Of a stretch of DNA of 64,000 nucleotides, positions 51,247 through 64,000 are shown piece after piece. A program made the translations under genes and the position numbers. Source of the stretch: Entomortierella parvispora E1425 (lineage: Eukaryota; Fungi; Mortierellomycota). Position 1 is the first letter of the stretch. Every line of letters starts with the position of its first letter. A model generated the notes under the pieces. It was not told the DNA's origin, did not search any database, and saw only the letters and a program-made list of their open reading frames with translations. Where the stretch lies: the NCBI GenBank assembly GCA_020891255.1, contig BQFW01000008.1:1922001-1986000 (forward strand). The letters are read 5' to 3'.

Positions 51247-52057
51247 CTAGAAACCTTCCGATGCCGACGACGTCGTAGGCCGCTTGCTATATGGCGTTGA
51301 ATCTTCTACATGAGCCTTGGGCGGTCTGAATGTGGACGGCTTCTTCTTTTTCATCTTGCCGCCAGCCGTCTTGCCGGCCTTGAAATTTCTCCAACCCTGA
51401 ACACGATCATCGCGAGCATCTTCCCAGACCTTCTGAGCTTCCTGTTTTCGTTTGCGTTCGGACATGACTTCATCTTGCTTCCTCATCACCTCGCCCTCAG
51501 CCTCCATCTCCTTCTTCATAAGTTTCCGTTTCCGAAGTTCAACGTCAATCAAAAGCTCTTTGGTCTTTTGTTTCACAAGAGTCTTGTAGACAGGAGAAGA
51601 GAAAAAGGGGTCCGTGGGCTGCATCGCCAATGGCTGCGCCTTCTTGACTTCGAACTTTGCTTCGTCGATTATACTGATTAGAAACGCGCGCTTTGCTGGG
51701 TCCATAAGATCCTGCTCTGCTTTTTTGAGGAGATCAAAAGCATCTCGTGCCTGCGGATGCTTGACCTTGTCAGGATGGATCATTAGTCTAGAGTGACATT
51801 GTCATATTTGAAAATAGTAATAATGATAAAAAATAGTTAGACCATGCAAGAACGCATCGACTCCTCCTGGTGCCTGATAACACATACGATTTCTTTCGGT
51901 AAGCCAGCTTGATATCCTTGTCGACACACGCAACATCCAGCTCCAGGATATCAAAGGGGTCCAACTTGAAGCAGGCGAGGATACGATCAACTTCCGCATC
52001 TTTTTGAATAGCAGAAGCTTCAACCTCGAGGAATCGGTCAATATCAATATCGGCCAT
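51247..52057 (-). CDS. DNAJC8: J-domain protein, DNAJC8/Spf31 family (exons 52057..51888, 51787..51247)
   Basis: EVDRILACFKLDPFDIL, YRKKSLMIHPDK (HPD motif), AFDLLKKA and WEDARDDRVQGWRNF. Confidence 0.88.
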
Positions 52058-52444
52058 GGCTTTTTTTCTGAATGCAGGGGTAGAGTGGTCGTTGATCAAT
52101 GGCCGCTGTCTTTGATGATTGCGGGAGGTTGTCCTGTGTTTACTGGAAGTGGATGAACTTCCTGAGACTCCTGCGGAAATGTGCGATTCGTCCTGCTAAA
52201 TGTCGTGGTGGTCGTGGAGAAGCAAATGGAGAACAGATTGCCGCCTGCCGTTTGTCATTTCAATTAAGGGGTATTGCGGTGATTGCTTCTCACCCCACGA
52301 TCTTCGTGCCAGCATCGCTCCCCCTTTATTTTTCTTCTTGACCCAAGGTACAGAAACGTCGTGGATCGCACCCTCTTTGCCCTTCCACACTTTTTTTTGA
52401 GTTCTTCCATTGCTTTTCTATCACTTCCAATTCAACCAGGGAGG

Positions 52445-55268
52445 ATGAGAGTCTGTCTAACATTGGTTGCTGCCTTAAGCATAGCCATTGGGATCGCAGA
52501 GCTTGCATTTGCATCAATTCCGGTTGCTGATAAGAACATCATGGGTCACACACACAGCACAGGTTCAATCCTCCAAGCGCCCATTGATCGCTTGGCGAGA
52601 AGTGGGAGGCGACAACAGCAGTACACCGCTCGTACCCCATCTCAGTACAAAGACAAGAACACGTTCGGATCCAGTCATGGCAGAGACTACCAGAGAAATA
52701 GTGACAAAGGCAATGAGGAAGAAAACGATCACGACGATAATGATGATGACGATGACGATGACGATGACGATGACTTGACGGGTATAGAGGGTGATTTCGA
52801 TGCCAAATCCAGTCCCAATCAAGGGTCAATCTTGCTGCCCATCTCTGTTGATGAACCGTTGTCATACTTTGCGCGCAATTCTCATCCCGTATTACCGCAG
52901 CGCGTCCGAGAAAAAGACAAAACCAAGCCTTTGCCAACGAACAAGTTCTACGGGAATCTTATGATTGGTGATTCCCATGCACCTATCTGGACTCACCCAT
53001 ATGGTCTCCGTTGGGAAAATGTGGGTTTGGCTCACCAAGGACTAGCAATATCCCATATTGATGACGGCTCCAAGGCGTTTGGACCGGTGGATGACGAAAT
53101 TCCCGCGATCAATTCCACGGAGACAGGGCATGATCAACAGGAAAAGAGCGTAAAGTTCTATATCAACCCCTTTCTGGTCAGCCTGGGAATGTCTGCAATC
53201 GAATTGGACAGCAAGCACGAAATGACAGTGGGAGACTTTGGCGAGTTTGGTTGCACCATGATCTTGACCACGGCAGAAGAACAGGCTGCAGGGCGTCTTC
53301 AAACACCGAAAGAGTTTATTCAGGTGCCAATTGTCCGGGGAATGGCCTTTGTCACTGGGATATATCAAAACTTGACCCCTCGATTCTTTTCGAGTGTCCT
53401 TGTTCGGACCTTGACTTTGGATAAAAATTTCGAGAACAGCGACGGTTGGGTCAAACACAGGTTCTTGATCGAAAACGGTGTTACCTGGCTCGTCTATGCA
53501 AAGTCGGACAATCCAGCTTCTTCCTTCACACTGGAGATGAAAGGACAGAGCGAAGTTGTGTCTACCTCTGGCAGGTTTAGTGGATTAATCCAAATTGCCA
53601 AAATTCCAGTCGGAAACGAGAAAGAGGCAGAAATGCTGTATGATAGTTCGATCGGTGTTTACGCCGTGAGCGGTGAACTTATTATTCGTGAGGAATACGT
53701 AAACAGGTAACTGTCGTTCTGCTTGCGTTTATGGTTGTCAATCTCCACGCGAAAACTCACATACACTTATTCCAATAGGGAGTCCGGAGGATACAGGATC
53801 GACTGGAAGCTCGGTGGGGATCCAGACCAGCAATTCCTTCACTTCACACTCCCTCACCACCGTGACATTTTGACCGCTAAAGCCATTCCGACGTCTTTGG
53901 TTCTTCCATCAACAACCAAGGGGAAGATGGTTGCTTATTTGGGCTCATCGTGGCACCTACGCGAACCAGAGCGTGTTTCAGCTGGATTCCTTCCGAGTGG
54001 TTGGTCCGATATCGTCACTACGGCCCAACTAAGCACAATCCGAGATCAGGCTGAGAAAGATTGTGATCTCGATTTTGATGACATTACGGACTTGGACTCA
54101 ATGTATTTTGCAGGCAAGGGACTAGCAAAGTTCGGGCTGCTATGTTTAGTCATCGTGGACGTGCTCAAGGACGAGGGCCAGCTCAGAGACAAGTGCATGG
54201 AGAAGCTCAAGGCTGCGTTCTCTAGATTCCTGGAGAACAGGCAGATGTTTCCTCTTGTTTACGACACTACATGGAGAGGTCTTATTAGCTTGCAAGGTCT
54301 CGATGTAGGACCTCTTGCGGACTTTGGCAACAGCTGGTACAAGTAAGTGGCAAAGACGGAAGCTAGCTGATTGAAATAGAGTTGCAGGGCACGAGTATCT
54401 GAGGCTAACACCTTTGTTTTTTTAGTGACCATCATTACCATTATGGCTACTTTGTCCACACAGCGGCAATCATTGGACATCTAGATCCGACCTGGAAGTC
54501 GACCGAGCTTTCTGCATTTGTACAAGACTTGCTACGGGATGTTGCCAACCCATCGGCGGATGATCCGTTTTTCCCAGTTTTTCGATCGTTTGACTGGTTT
54601 ATGGGCCACTCGTGGTCTCAAGGGATATTTGAGTCTTTGGATGGCAAGGATGAAGAGTCAACATCAGAGGATATCAACCTTCTCTATGCTATGTCGCTCT
54701 GGGCTAATGTTACTCAGCATCCCGACCTAGAGCGCCTGGGTGAAGTAATGTTCACTGTGGCACGTCGCAGCATCCAGGCTTATTTTTTGATGGAGGACAA
54801 CAACATGAATCATCCAAGGGTATTCATTGGAAACAAAGTCACTGGTATTCTCTTTGAGAACAAGGTCGATCATACTACCTACTTTTCTCCTCGTTTAGGT
54901 AAGGGTAAGACATGCTGCACATCTCGTTGTTCCTAATAGACGCGTTTGTCATCATCATTTTACTAATTCCGAGAACTTTTGTAAACATAGAATGTGTTCA
55001 GGGTATCCAGATGATTCCAGCGACACCTGCCCTGCCGATAATCCGTAGGAAAGAGTTTGTTCTTCAAGAGTGGGAGAGCCTGTTGCAGTACAAGGTGAAG
55101 GATATACCAGATGGCTGGAAATCTATCCTGATGGCAAATTACGCCACCCTGGACAAGGACACTGCATGGGAGTACTTCACGCAGGAAGAGGACATACCAT
55201 TGGATGATGGCATGAGTTTAACATGGGCACTGTTTTATGTTGCTTCCCAAAATCCCAAAAATCCCTGA
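52445..55268 (+). CDS. Secreted endo-1,3(4)-beta-glucanase, GH81 (exons 52445..53706, 53779..54342, 54426..54898, 54991..55268)
   Basis: Signal peptide, PLPTNKFYGN, VRGMAFVT, NDHHYHYGY, FRSFDWFMGHSW and DGKDEESTSED. Confidence 0.95.
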
Positions 55269-56680
55269 AAAAGAGAAAGCGAATAAAAAATGATTTTTTA
55301 GGCTCTTTCTTGTGCGCCACCAATTATTCTTTATTTGGCCTGTGCTCTTTCGCTCTTTCGGACAAAAGATGACCAAAAGCAGTCAAGATTTCCCGGTTAC
55401 ACTAGAGGGCTTTCGAAAGCGCTGTTATGTTGTCGGTCTCTCTTTCTCTTAACCCTTGTTGTCGTTTCGGATGAAGAAATCAAGATGAGATGGACCACAA
55501 CGACCACTTTCCCACCTCGAGGGCACTTGGCAAGTGCTTATCGAAGCTGGTGTCATGCAATCCATGTCCTCAAGCCCCTCGCAATCACCAGATTCATATA
55601 CATGTACCTCACACCATGAAGGTTTAGCAAAGTCGACTCAAAGTTGTGCGCGCACAAAGTAAGATGAGTTAGAAAAAAGGTTCGGGGGATGTTGTGGACG
55701 GGGTGTGAAAACCCCTGAACTAGATGGGCGTGGCCAATAAACGAAGAATAACAGTTGGTCGGTTGTCGCTGTGAAGCCAGTTCCTTCAAGTGTACTCAAA
55801 AAAAAAAAAAAGGTACAGGGACTGTAGATAGAAAAAAGAGCTCCTGCGAATGGAAGTCGCATCCGAATTCCTGGGGCCGTCGGGATTTGTACCGTGTTGG
55901 GCACAGCAACAAAACTTTGCAAATGGAACAGAGGAACAGGACTTGAACGCGCCAGACCCCGACAGAGTAAGAGCAGTGAGGATGAAGTCGTTTCGAAAAG
56001 GAGAGTCGAGCGACGCGTGCTGCCGTAACCTACAAAGTGGTTTTTTTTTTTTTTTTTTTTTTTTTTTAGCAGAGACGAATAGGAATGACGACCTTGAAGG
56101 GTGAGTCTAAGGTAGAGCAGGAGTGCCAACGTACCTCCCACCGGTCGTTGATGGGGCCTTGAGGCAGTAAAGTGCGTCAGGGGAGAAAGTAAAGAGTTGA
56201 ATGAAGTAAGAGCCCTGTCCACCGGGTTTACTCCACACTCGGCCTCAGGTATTTCATGGCTTCGCTCTTTTTTCTTTTCCTCTTCCTCAACACTTACCTG
56301 TCGCACCCAACTTCTGCTTCTGCACTATTCTTGAATTCCCCTATATTCACTCTTTCCTTGCAAGACTCTATCATTGACCGTGTCCTCCCTACACTTGCTT
56401 CTCTTCCCTCTTAATTATTACTCCAATTATTACCATTAGAGCTGCATGCATCAGCAAAAAAAAAGTAATGACTCCAGCAATGCAACATCACGAGGAATCC
56501 CATTTCTCCATTACAAAACGGGCTCGTCGTATTCTCATTCCATAGTACTACCATATTGGGACCCTAATTCGCGTCACTCCAATGTTGGACTTTCCTTCCC
56601 CTCCTATGCATGCATTTCTCGCTTTATTTTCATATTTTTGGCATTTTGTGGTACTAACGAGCCGCCATTGCCATAGCAGA

Positions 56681-58092
56681 ATGAATGGAGTCACTGACAA
56701 CCCAAAAACCCATAACCCACGCTGGGATGATGACAGCGATGGCGACTATAATCCCAGTACTCTGTAAGACTCTATGACCGTTGATTATAACAGGTTCAGG
56801 CACAGGTTCTTAAAGCTTTTATTGCTCTGCTTTAAAGGATATATTCTCTAGAGATAGTACAGCAGCCACAGCGAGCGAGGATGTGTGGGTTCGGAGACAA
56901 GGTAAAGTGATAGCGGGACTTTTGAACTGCCAACGTTGATCTAAGTCGATGTTGACGGGTGTGTTTGAACTTCCAGGATCGGCGCCACATCACCCCTGCC
57001 CCTGTTCTTCGATTGGTGGCTAAAACAGAAGATGGCAAGATTGCCCCTGCAAGGTAAAGATCGACAATCATTTTTGTAGTCACGGCACAGTGAAATGGCA
57101 GATCGCAGCCCGTGTTCTGCACCAAGCGTTCAAAATGTCCAATAACGGTCAACGAATCCGAATTCCTGGGGGGTTCGAACTTAACTTTTACTTTATCCTC
57201 GCAATTGCTACTCCAATTCTTTGGGAAATTGCTGTACCACAGCCGCCTAAGCAAACAGTCCTTCATTGTCAATGCCGATCTTTGGCTCGAGGATGAAGTC
57301 ACTGAACGCAATCTAGTTCTAGTCTCGTCAACATCATCTAATTGTAACTCCTCCAGCGTCTTGGCATGCAGCAAGGATCAGTGTGATTGTGAGTCTTTGC
57401 TTGAATTTTAGAGCGTGAATTCCAGAGCGTGAAAGCCTGAAAGCCAGAAAGTCAACTAACTTATGATCAACGTAATTTTTATTGCCAATAGATCCTTCAC
57501 CATCAGAAACGTCGCCAGGTCACTCTGCGAATGTAGGCGCCTTTCGGGAGGAGGTACATACAGCACTCAATTTAGTTGGACAGACCACAGTGAGTGGTCA
57601 AGTTGCCCCGGACCTCAATGGTGCAACCTCCCATATTTGGTTCGCATTCAGTGCTCTATCCATCCGGACAGAAGGCACATTCAAGCTGAGATTCTCCCTC
57701 TGCGATCTCGAGCAAATAAATGGGTAAGACATGGGACCTTGGTGATCAACACCATTTGGATCTCATGCTGTCGCAAAGTTGCTAACAATTCTGCTTGCTC
57801 TTAGCGAAAGCAGCCCCAGGATAAGCTGTCAAATCTTCTCCAATCTAATTCACGTTCAGTCGCCAAAGAAGTTCTTGGGGACATGCGGCAAGTCAACGGT
57901 CCCTCCAACGTAATGTCATCAATGAAGCATGCCCAACCTAACATCATTCGATTTGCCCATTTGATCACTGCAGAAGCAAGCGAAATAGCCAACCACTTGA
58001 ACAAGTACTCGATCAGGATCCCATCACGGAAGGATGAGAAGCCAAGGGGAGGATCCCACGGAGTGAGGGGGAGACATGTTGGGACAAGTTGA
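56681..58092 (+). CDS. Velvet-domain protein, about 267 aa (exons 56681..56763, 56838..56901, 56977..57053, 57243..57388, 57492..57723, 57805..57887, 57974..58092)
   Basis: YSLEIVQQPQRARMCGFGDKDRRHITPAPVLRL, ADLW, NLVGQ, FAFSALSIRTEGTFKLRFSL, SPKKF and RIPSRKD. The exon sum of 804 nt is a whole number of codons. Confidence 0.9.
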
Positions 58093-58851
58093 GGTACCAA
58101 TAAAGTCCCAGGTGTGAAACCATCAGGGTCCTGTTCGCGTCCATTACGCGTCGAAACTTGCCACTAGTGACGAGGGGCAGGTGGGGCAAGAGAAGGAGGA
58201 GAGCAGGGAAAGGATGTCAACTGCTCTGCACCCCGTCTTTTTTTTTTTTTTTTTTTTTTTTTTTTCCTTATTTTTTCTTGCCAAGGGCCTGCATAGGACG
58301 CACCCTGTGGAGGGCGAGACTGATGGCGCTGAATAGGAGCGTGAGGGGTAAATGGAAGAGCGGAAGATTGGAGAGGCGGTGCAGTGGCATGGATGCAGCG
58401 GTGGTTGATGAGTCAATCAAGGATGAGAGCCGTCTCCAGCAAACAACAACTGCCACGACTGTTGGAGTTTCGGGGTGACGCCCTCATGGGCGTTTGGCGC
58501 GGTGCGTGCCTGGACTGGGCCTGTGAGAGAGAGCGAGAGGGTCATCCAGCCCACTCCCCCGGTTGCATTCCTTTCTGTCTGCCTGTCTGATTTGTTTGCT
58601 GGTCTCCAGACTCGGACTGATTGGATTCGCCTCTCTACTTTCTCTACTTTCTCTTTCCCAGCCCTTTCCACATCCAGCACTCTTGCGCTTTTCTCTTCCC
58701 CATCCTTGCGCAAGGTCTCAAGCCCCACGCGGTGATTCAAGCATTTTTCCTTGGATCCGTCCTCGCTCAATAACTGTGCCCACATCCATCCCCATTTATT
58801 CATTGCTCAGTCACACCGCCACCGCCATTTGCTTCTGAATTTCACACAAAG

Positions 58852-59133
58852 ATGAAGCAGACAATATTGCCCCAACATCCTCCACAGCAGCAGCAACAGC
58901 AGCTTCCTTCACAGCAGCACCTCCCGCTACAACAACAACATATCCAGCACCAGCTACCCACAGTGAGCTTTGGGCAGCATACCAGCCTTCAATCACAGCA
59001 ACAGAGCATGTTCCCGAGAGAAACATCCACCTTCAATGGCCAGCAGCCTTTGCAAAGGCAGCCTGGAGGTCAAGGTAGCTCGAGCTACACTACTGGGTTA
59101 GATCAATCGTCGTTTCTTGTTCAGCAACATATT

Positions 59134-59166
<33 letters not shown>

Positions 59167-59168
59167 TT

Positions 59169-59205
<37 letters not shown>

Positions 59206-62200
59206 CAGCAACTACAGCAGCAGCAGCACCAGCCAGTGCAGCAGGAGGGTCGCTATTACATGACCACAGGGCAGCAGCAGCAACCACGACAAAAAAGTCC
59301 TCACTACCAGCAAGCTCTACCTTCTCACTCTCTGGAGAGGCAGACAACGCCAGGCAAGCAAAAGTCCAGTACGCATTATGGACAGCGATATCATCCAATG
59401 TACCCTTCTCCATCCTCTTCCAACACAACCCCTGTGCTCTCGAACGCGTCGCTCAGCCCACTGACAACGGCATCGAACAGTGTCGCTCACGATACTTCAC
59501 CTATCATTTCTCTCCCATCGTCCATTATGGGAGATGCCTCTGGCTTGACGGTTTCAGCTGCTGCCGCAAGTCTTGCTGCCGCTGCGACAAGTCGAACGCA
59601 ATCAATTTCTCCGCTGCTGGACGCCCGTGCTATGAACAGTGAAGACCTGACTCCGTCGTGGTCACCAGTGCCCTACACATCCGCAAGTCCATCTTCAACT
59701 GCATCTATGCCAGCATATCTGGAGCAATACGAGGTAAGAAGGGCCGCAATTACCCGCCCCTTTTGGATTTTCATTCTTGCCCACAGTTCCCCCTTGTTTT
59801 CTATGCAGCTGCACCACGCCGTCTTGGATCGAATGACATTGCGTTGCTCCCAGTTTTTTTTCCCCCGGTGTTCTTGATCCTGGAGCATGGTATATGTACT
59901 TGATCTTCACTGCTCCGAAGTTGCGCTTAAAGTGACTTGGGTTAACCACTTTTTACACTCTTCGTTGGGGACATCTGGGACGAACGGACCACAACGAGGG
60001 AAGACAAAAAAGGCCCCCTTGGGGTATCCACTCTTTCGTTCCCATTCTCCCGTTTCTGATTTTCCAAGAAAGAAAAGACGACAAACAACTCCTCAGAGGC
60101 AGACAAAGAACGGGGCTATTGCTGATAGAGAGAGCAGGCAAGGGAGGATGTTCAGGGCTGAGAGGAAGGAGGCGGTGAAGGGTGAGACAAACCAGGTTCC
60201 TGAGGAGATCCCTCTTGCTCTGTTGCTTGCCCTTACATTTCTTTTTCTTTGGTTCTTTGGAGTTACGGAGTGCCCTTTGGAGTGATCACATGACCCCACT
60301 TTTTTCGATACGACCCCTCACTAACCTCCCGTTTTTTTTGCTGTCTGCACAGCCAGCCTATGCGTCCAAGATCTCATCAGAGATGTCAGTGGTCAACGCG
60401 TTAACTGTGAACAACCTTTATGCAAGATCGCTACATACACCTTTTTATCAAATGGGTATGGGATTTCAAGGTGGAGTAGGGGGTGGCAACGGTCAGCTAG
60501 GCTACAGTGCCAGCCAGCAAATAGCCAGGTAATACAAAAGGATTGATTGGACTCTTCATGATGTATGAAGTGAATCCTAACTCTATGTGACCATATAGTA
60601 CTGTGTCTATGCTAGGAACTCCCATGAGTTTTGCTTCGTCCTCAGAAAGAATTACGTCTCAAAATAGCCAACAACAACAGCAACAACAGCAGCAGCAGCA
60701 ACAGCAGTACCCTCGACATGGACTTCAAAATCAGCATCAATACTTGAATCAGCACTCAAGTTCCAATAACTCTCGACTCCCGATGTTCGACGTTAAAGCA
60801 TACACCTTCCGCAAGAAGCCTCGTCACTATGTTGCAGTGAAACATAAAAATGCACTGAGGATAGAGCCCATCATTTACTTGAAGACGTCAATTGTGGACG
60901 AAAACAGGAACGTGCTCCGGAACTGGGATTATTTGCGACTGAACTTGGATCGGTTCCGAGAGAACGCTCAACCCAAAAAGAAGCTGAGTCCTGAAGGTAA
61001 TTATATCCTCTATCTGTCACCAAACCTCGTGAAGGTGCAATTGATCCTTTGCTAATGTTCGGCGGACACTTTTTTTTAACAGAAATGCGAGGAGCTCGTG
61101 TTCTGGATGTGGATATCGTGCTGATTTCACCCAATAATCGGGATCGCATTATTGAGGACTCTTGTCCAGCCTGCGTCATGCGCATGGATGGTGAGCGAAA
61201 GGTAATGTAACAATAGCGACAACGTCATCGTGTGTCTATGGGCACAACACTATGACTTAACTTTAATGTGAATTGTACAGATCATGCAAGTCCTTGCCCG
61301 CAACTTCAAGCAAGGCCCAGCAGGAGATCCTTTGATCGACATTCGAAAAGGTCATGCCATCATTTGCATCAAGCTGAATTGCTACTGCGATCATCATAAC
61401 GAGCACGAAGGATTTGTTGTGAGACTACAGACCATGCCGGAGATAGTGCGCATGGGAGGATCAGTCAAACTGCGGATCTGTTGCGAGGCAAGATCAAAAT
61501 CCGGCCCAACTGAGCAGGATCAAGACGACGAAGATGGTCTGACGGATATCGATGCCCCTGCCACTACCGTGACCTCTAGCTCAACACCTTCATCTGCCAA
61601 TGCAGGTAGTAATCATGGTCACCATAGCCATGCCTCCATAGGCGCAGGCTCTGCGGGTTCTCTCTCACCCCCGCAGTTTCTTGGCGGAGGCATCAACAGC
61701 GAACATCTGCTCCAGAGTCCATCGTTGAGCCATGAGAGTTCCAGTAGCCCATTCGTAAAGGGTCATCAGCGCACCCCATCAACCAACTCTAGTTCAATGG
61801 CTTCGCCTAGATCAATGGACGAGAGAGTAGTGAGTTCGTTGGGGGTTGAAAACATGGATGTCCATGGGGGACTTTTCTATGGCGGCAGTGGCGCTTCCGG
61901 AAATCACTCTGGTAGTTCTCTCAACATCGGTATTCACAATAGTGGTGCGATTGGAGCACCAAACAACACTGTCAACAGCGGCATCAGTCAGAGAATCAAC
62001 TCTCTTAACGGACGTCCGACCTCTGTTAGTACACCTGTAGCACCTCAGCCACCTCGTTTCCGGGCTATTTACCCGCTCACACCGAACGAGGGCACTGTCA
62101 TGGGCGGGACGCGGGTCACTATTCATGGGCTTCATTTCGATCAACTTCAGAATCCTGTCGTCTTTTTCGGAAAGATTCCTGCCGAGCTTGTCACAATTTC

Positions 62201-64000
62201 GCACCACGATGTCATGGAATGCACCACTCCCGCGGCCGAGAACCTAAAGCCTGGAATGGTTCAGGTCCAAATCGCCTCCCTGGCGTATCCAATACCGCCA
62301 CTTAATGGTGGTGGTAACTATATTCCAGACCGAGTCGACTACATGTACACGGCGCAGCCGGACTATGACTTCTGCAATTTGGCGGCAACGTCGCTATCGT
62401 ATTCGATGTCAAATGAGTACCCGCAGGATAATGCAGTAAGTTATGAATATGATGAGTTGAACCAATAATGAGCTTCAATCTAACTGTGTATACTCTGCAA
62501 CTTTGTAGCTTGCTTTCGTCCTCAACAGCCAAGGCGTTGGCGCTGGCAACGGATTGGGACTGCTAGGCGACGGCCAATCGTTTTCAGGAAACGATTTCGA
62601 TCCCACGTTCTCCTGGTCTCTCTCTGGAAAGGAGGAGATGGCTTTAGAATTTATGAAGACGATTCAAAACTTGGCACCTGGACGAATCCTTCCTTCCTTC
62701 AAGGTAAGCAGGCAGCCTGATACCTGTTGGACTATTGAATAGTTGGATTAACTTTTCGATTCCTTTTTTTCATTTTCTCATTGTTGTAGAGCGATTCTGG
62801 ACACACAATGTTGCACCTGGCAGTTCAGTATCGTATGACACGACTTGTGAGGGAGCTACTCGATATGGGTATTGACCATACGGCTTTGGACAGAAACAAC
62901 AAAACAGGTAACAGCGCACAACCTAATTATCTAGCATCCCGTATCACTCTTGCTGGACTCTCACCATTGGTTTTTTCTGTTCTCTATCCACGATAGCTCT
63001 CCACTTTGCAAAGATGACAAACCAACCAGAGATTGCTCAAATGCTTACAGACGCGAAAGTTCCCCCACGCCCGATGGTTCCTCGTCTGTCAGACTTTGCT
63101 GGGTCAGCACAAGGACCGACCACTCGTAGTAGCCTCCAGGAATTAGTCACGGCTTTGGTGCGCAAATATGAGGACAACCTAGTCAAGGTTCTTTTACAGG
63201 AGCGACATCGAAAGCTGAAGTCGCTTCAAGGTATTCGAGAGCGGTCGATCGACATTATGAACCTCAAGAATCAGGAGGCCATGGACGGTCCGGCGATTGC
63301 CCCATCGATGATTGAACCGCAGTCGCATGCCCGAGCACCTTTGCATCGTCAATTGAGTGCATCGAGGGCTATGGACGTGGATGACAATGAAGAGGACGAT
63401 ATTATGTTGGAGGATATGTCCTCCAATCCATCATCGCCCGAAGGCGGAAAGGATGAAGGAATGGTTTCATCAAACGATGAGGACGACGAGCCGCCGGATT
63501 TCCAGGAGCGCAAGCGGAAAGTTAGAGACGACACCCACTTGGGACCCGAGGATGCGACCGTTGATGGTTCTTCCAACAAGCAGATCAAAAAGGAAGAGTC
63601 GACTGGTCGCCCATCTTCAACGACAGCAACAGTAACAAGCAAACCGTCCGATGCGCAATTGGGTTATATTCGTAACGGAGTTGGGATTTGGGAGAAATCC
63701 CGAGGAGTGGCTCTCTTTGGGCAGAACGCTCCTGCAAGCTTGACTGGCAAGAATGACGGAGGCGAACTCTTGACGTGGATCTGCGACCAATGGAATGTCT
63801 CGTCCCTGAGAGGCACTGAGGCCGATGCTCCACAATTTGATAGTCCTCCCTCGACTATTCATGTGATGGCTTTGTCCTCGGTCGGTCTCCATCACTACAG
63901 CGAGCGTAGTGCCCTTACTGCCAACGGTCACCCTATCAGGAACCTGGATCACTGGAGTTTAATTGAGATTGAGCAGATGGATGTCGTGGCAAAGGAGCAT
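58852..64000 (+). CDS. SPT23/MGA2-like transcription factor (polyQ N-terminus, DNA-binding domain, IPT/TIG, ankyrin repeats), 3'-partial
   Basis: CPACVMRMDGERK, IKLNCYCDHHNEHEGF, PNEGTVMGGTRVTIHGLHF (IPT), SGHTMLHLAVQY and KTALHFA (ankyrin). The frame stays open to the window end. Confidence 0.88.

Overview
Gene-dense, intron-rich eukaryotic genomic DNA from a fungus, most likely an early-diverging Mucoromycota/Mortierellaceae-type species. This is an inference from gene content, short GT-AG introns with CTAAC/CTGAC branch sites and abundant polyQ tracts. I reconstructed about 21 protein-coding genes by hand, joining exons across introns: a C2H2 TF (5' partial), 6-phosphogluconate dehydrogenase, SQT1-like WD40, class IV chitin synthase, two orphan proteins, a Zn2Cys6 TF with a 102-Gln tract, mitochondrial ferredoxin, a TM-ZZ-EF-hand protein, a two-domain AAA+ ATPase, a DUF4203 membrane protein, PBDC1, mitochondrial bS21, a SET-MYND protein, medium-chain acyl-CoA dehydrogenase, a bHLH TF, acyl-CoA oxidase, DNAJC8-like, GH81 glucanase, a velvet protein and an SPT23/MGA2-like TF (3' partial). 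I saw no rRNA, tRNA, CRISPR array or transposon. The most notable points are: a natural Walker-B E-to-Q plus pore-loop loss in the AAA ATPase; the entry enzymes of both beta-oxidation pathways flanking a bHLH gene, with E-boxes in the ACAD promoter; two GC-AG introns; a 15-nt microexon; a spliced uORF overlapping the velvet start codon; and a hairpin-rich 4-kb intergenic region containing a candidate small membrane-protein gene. I cannot demonstrate a novel system from sequence alone; all such items are hypotheses.
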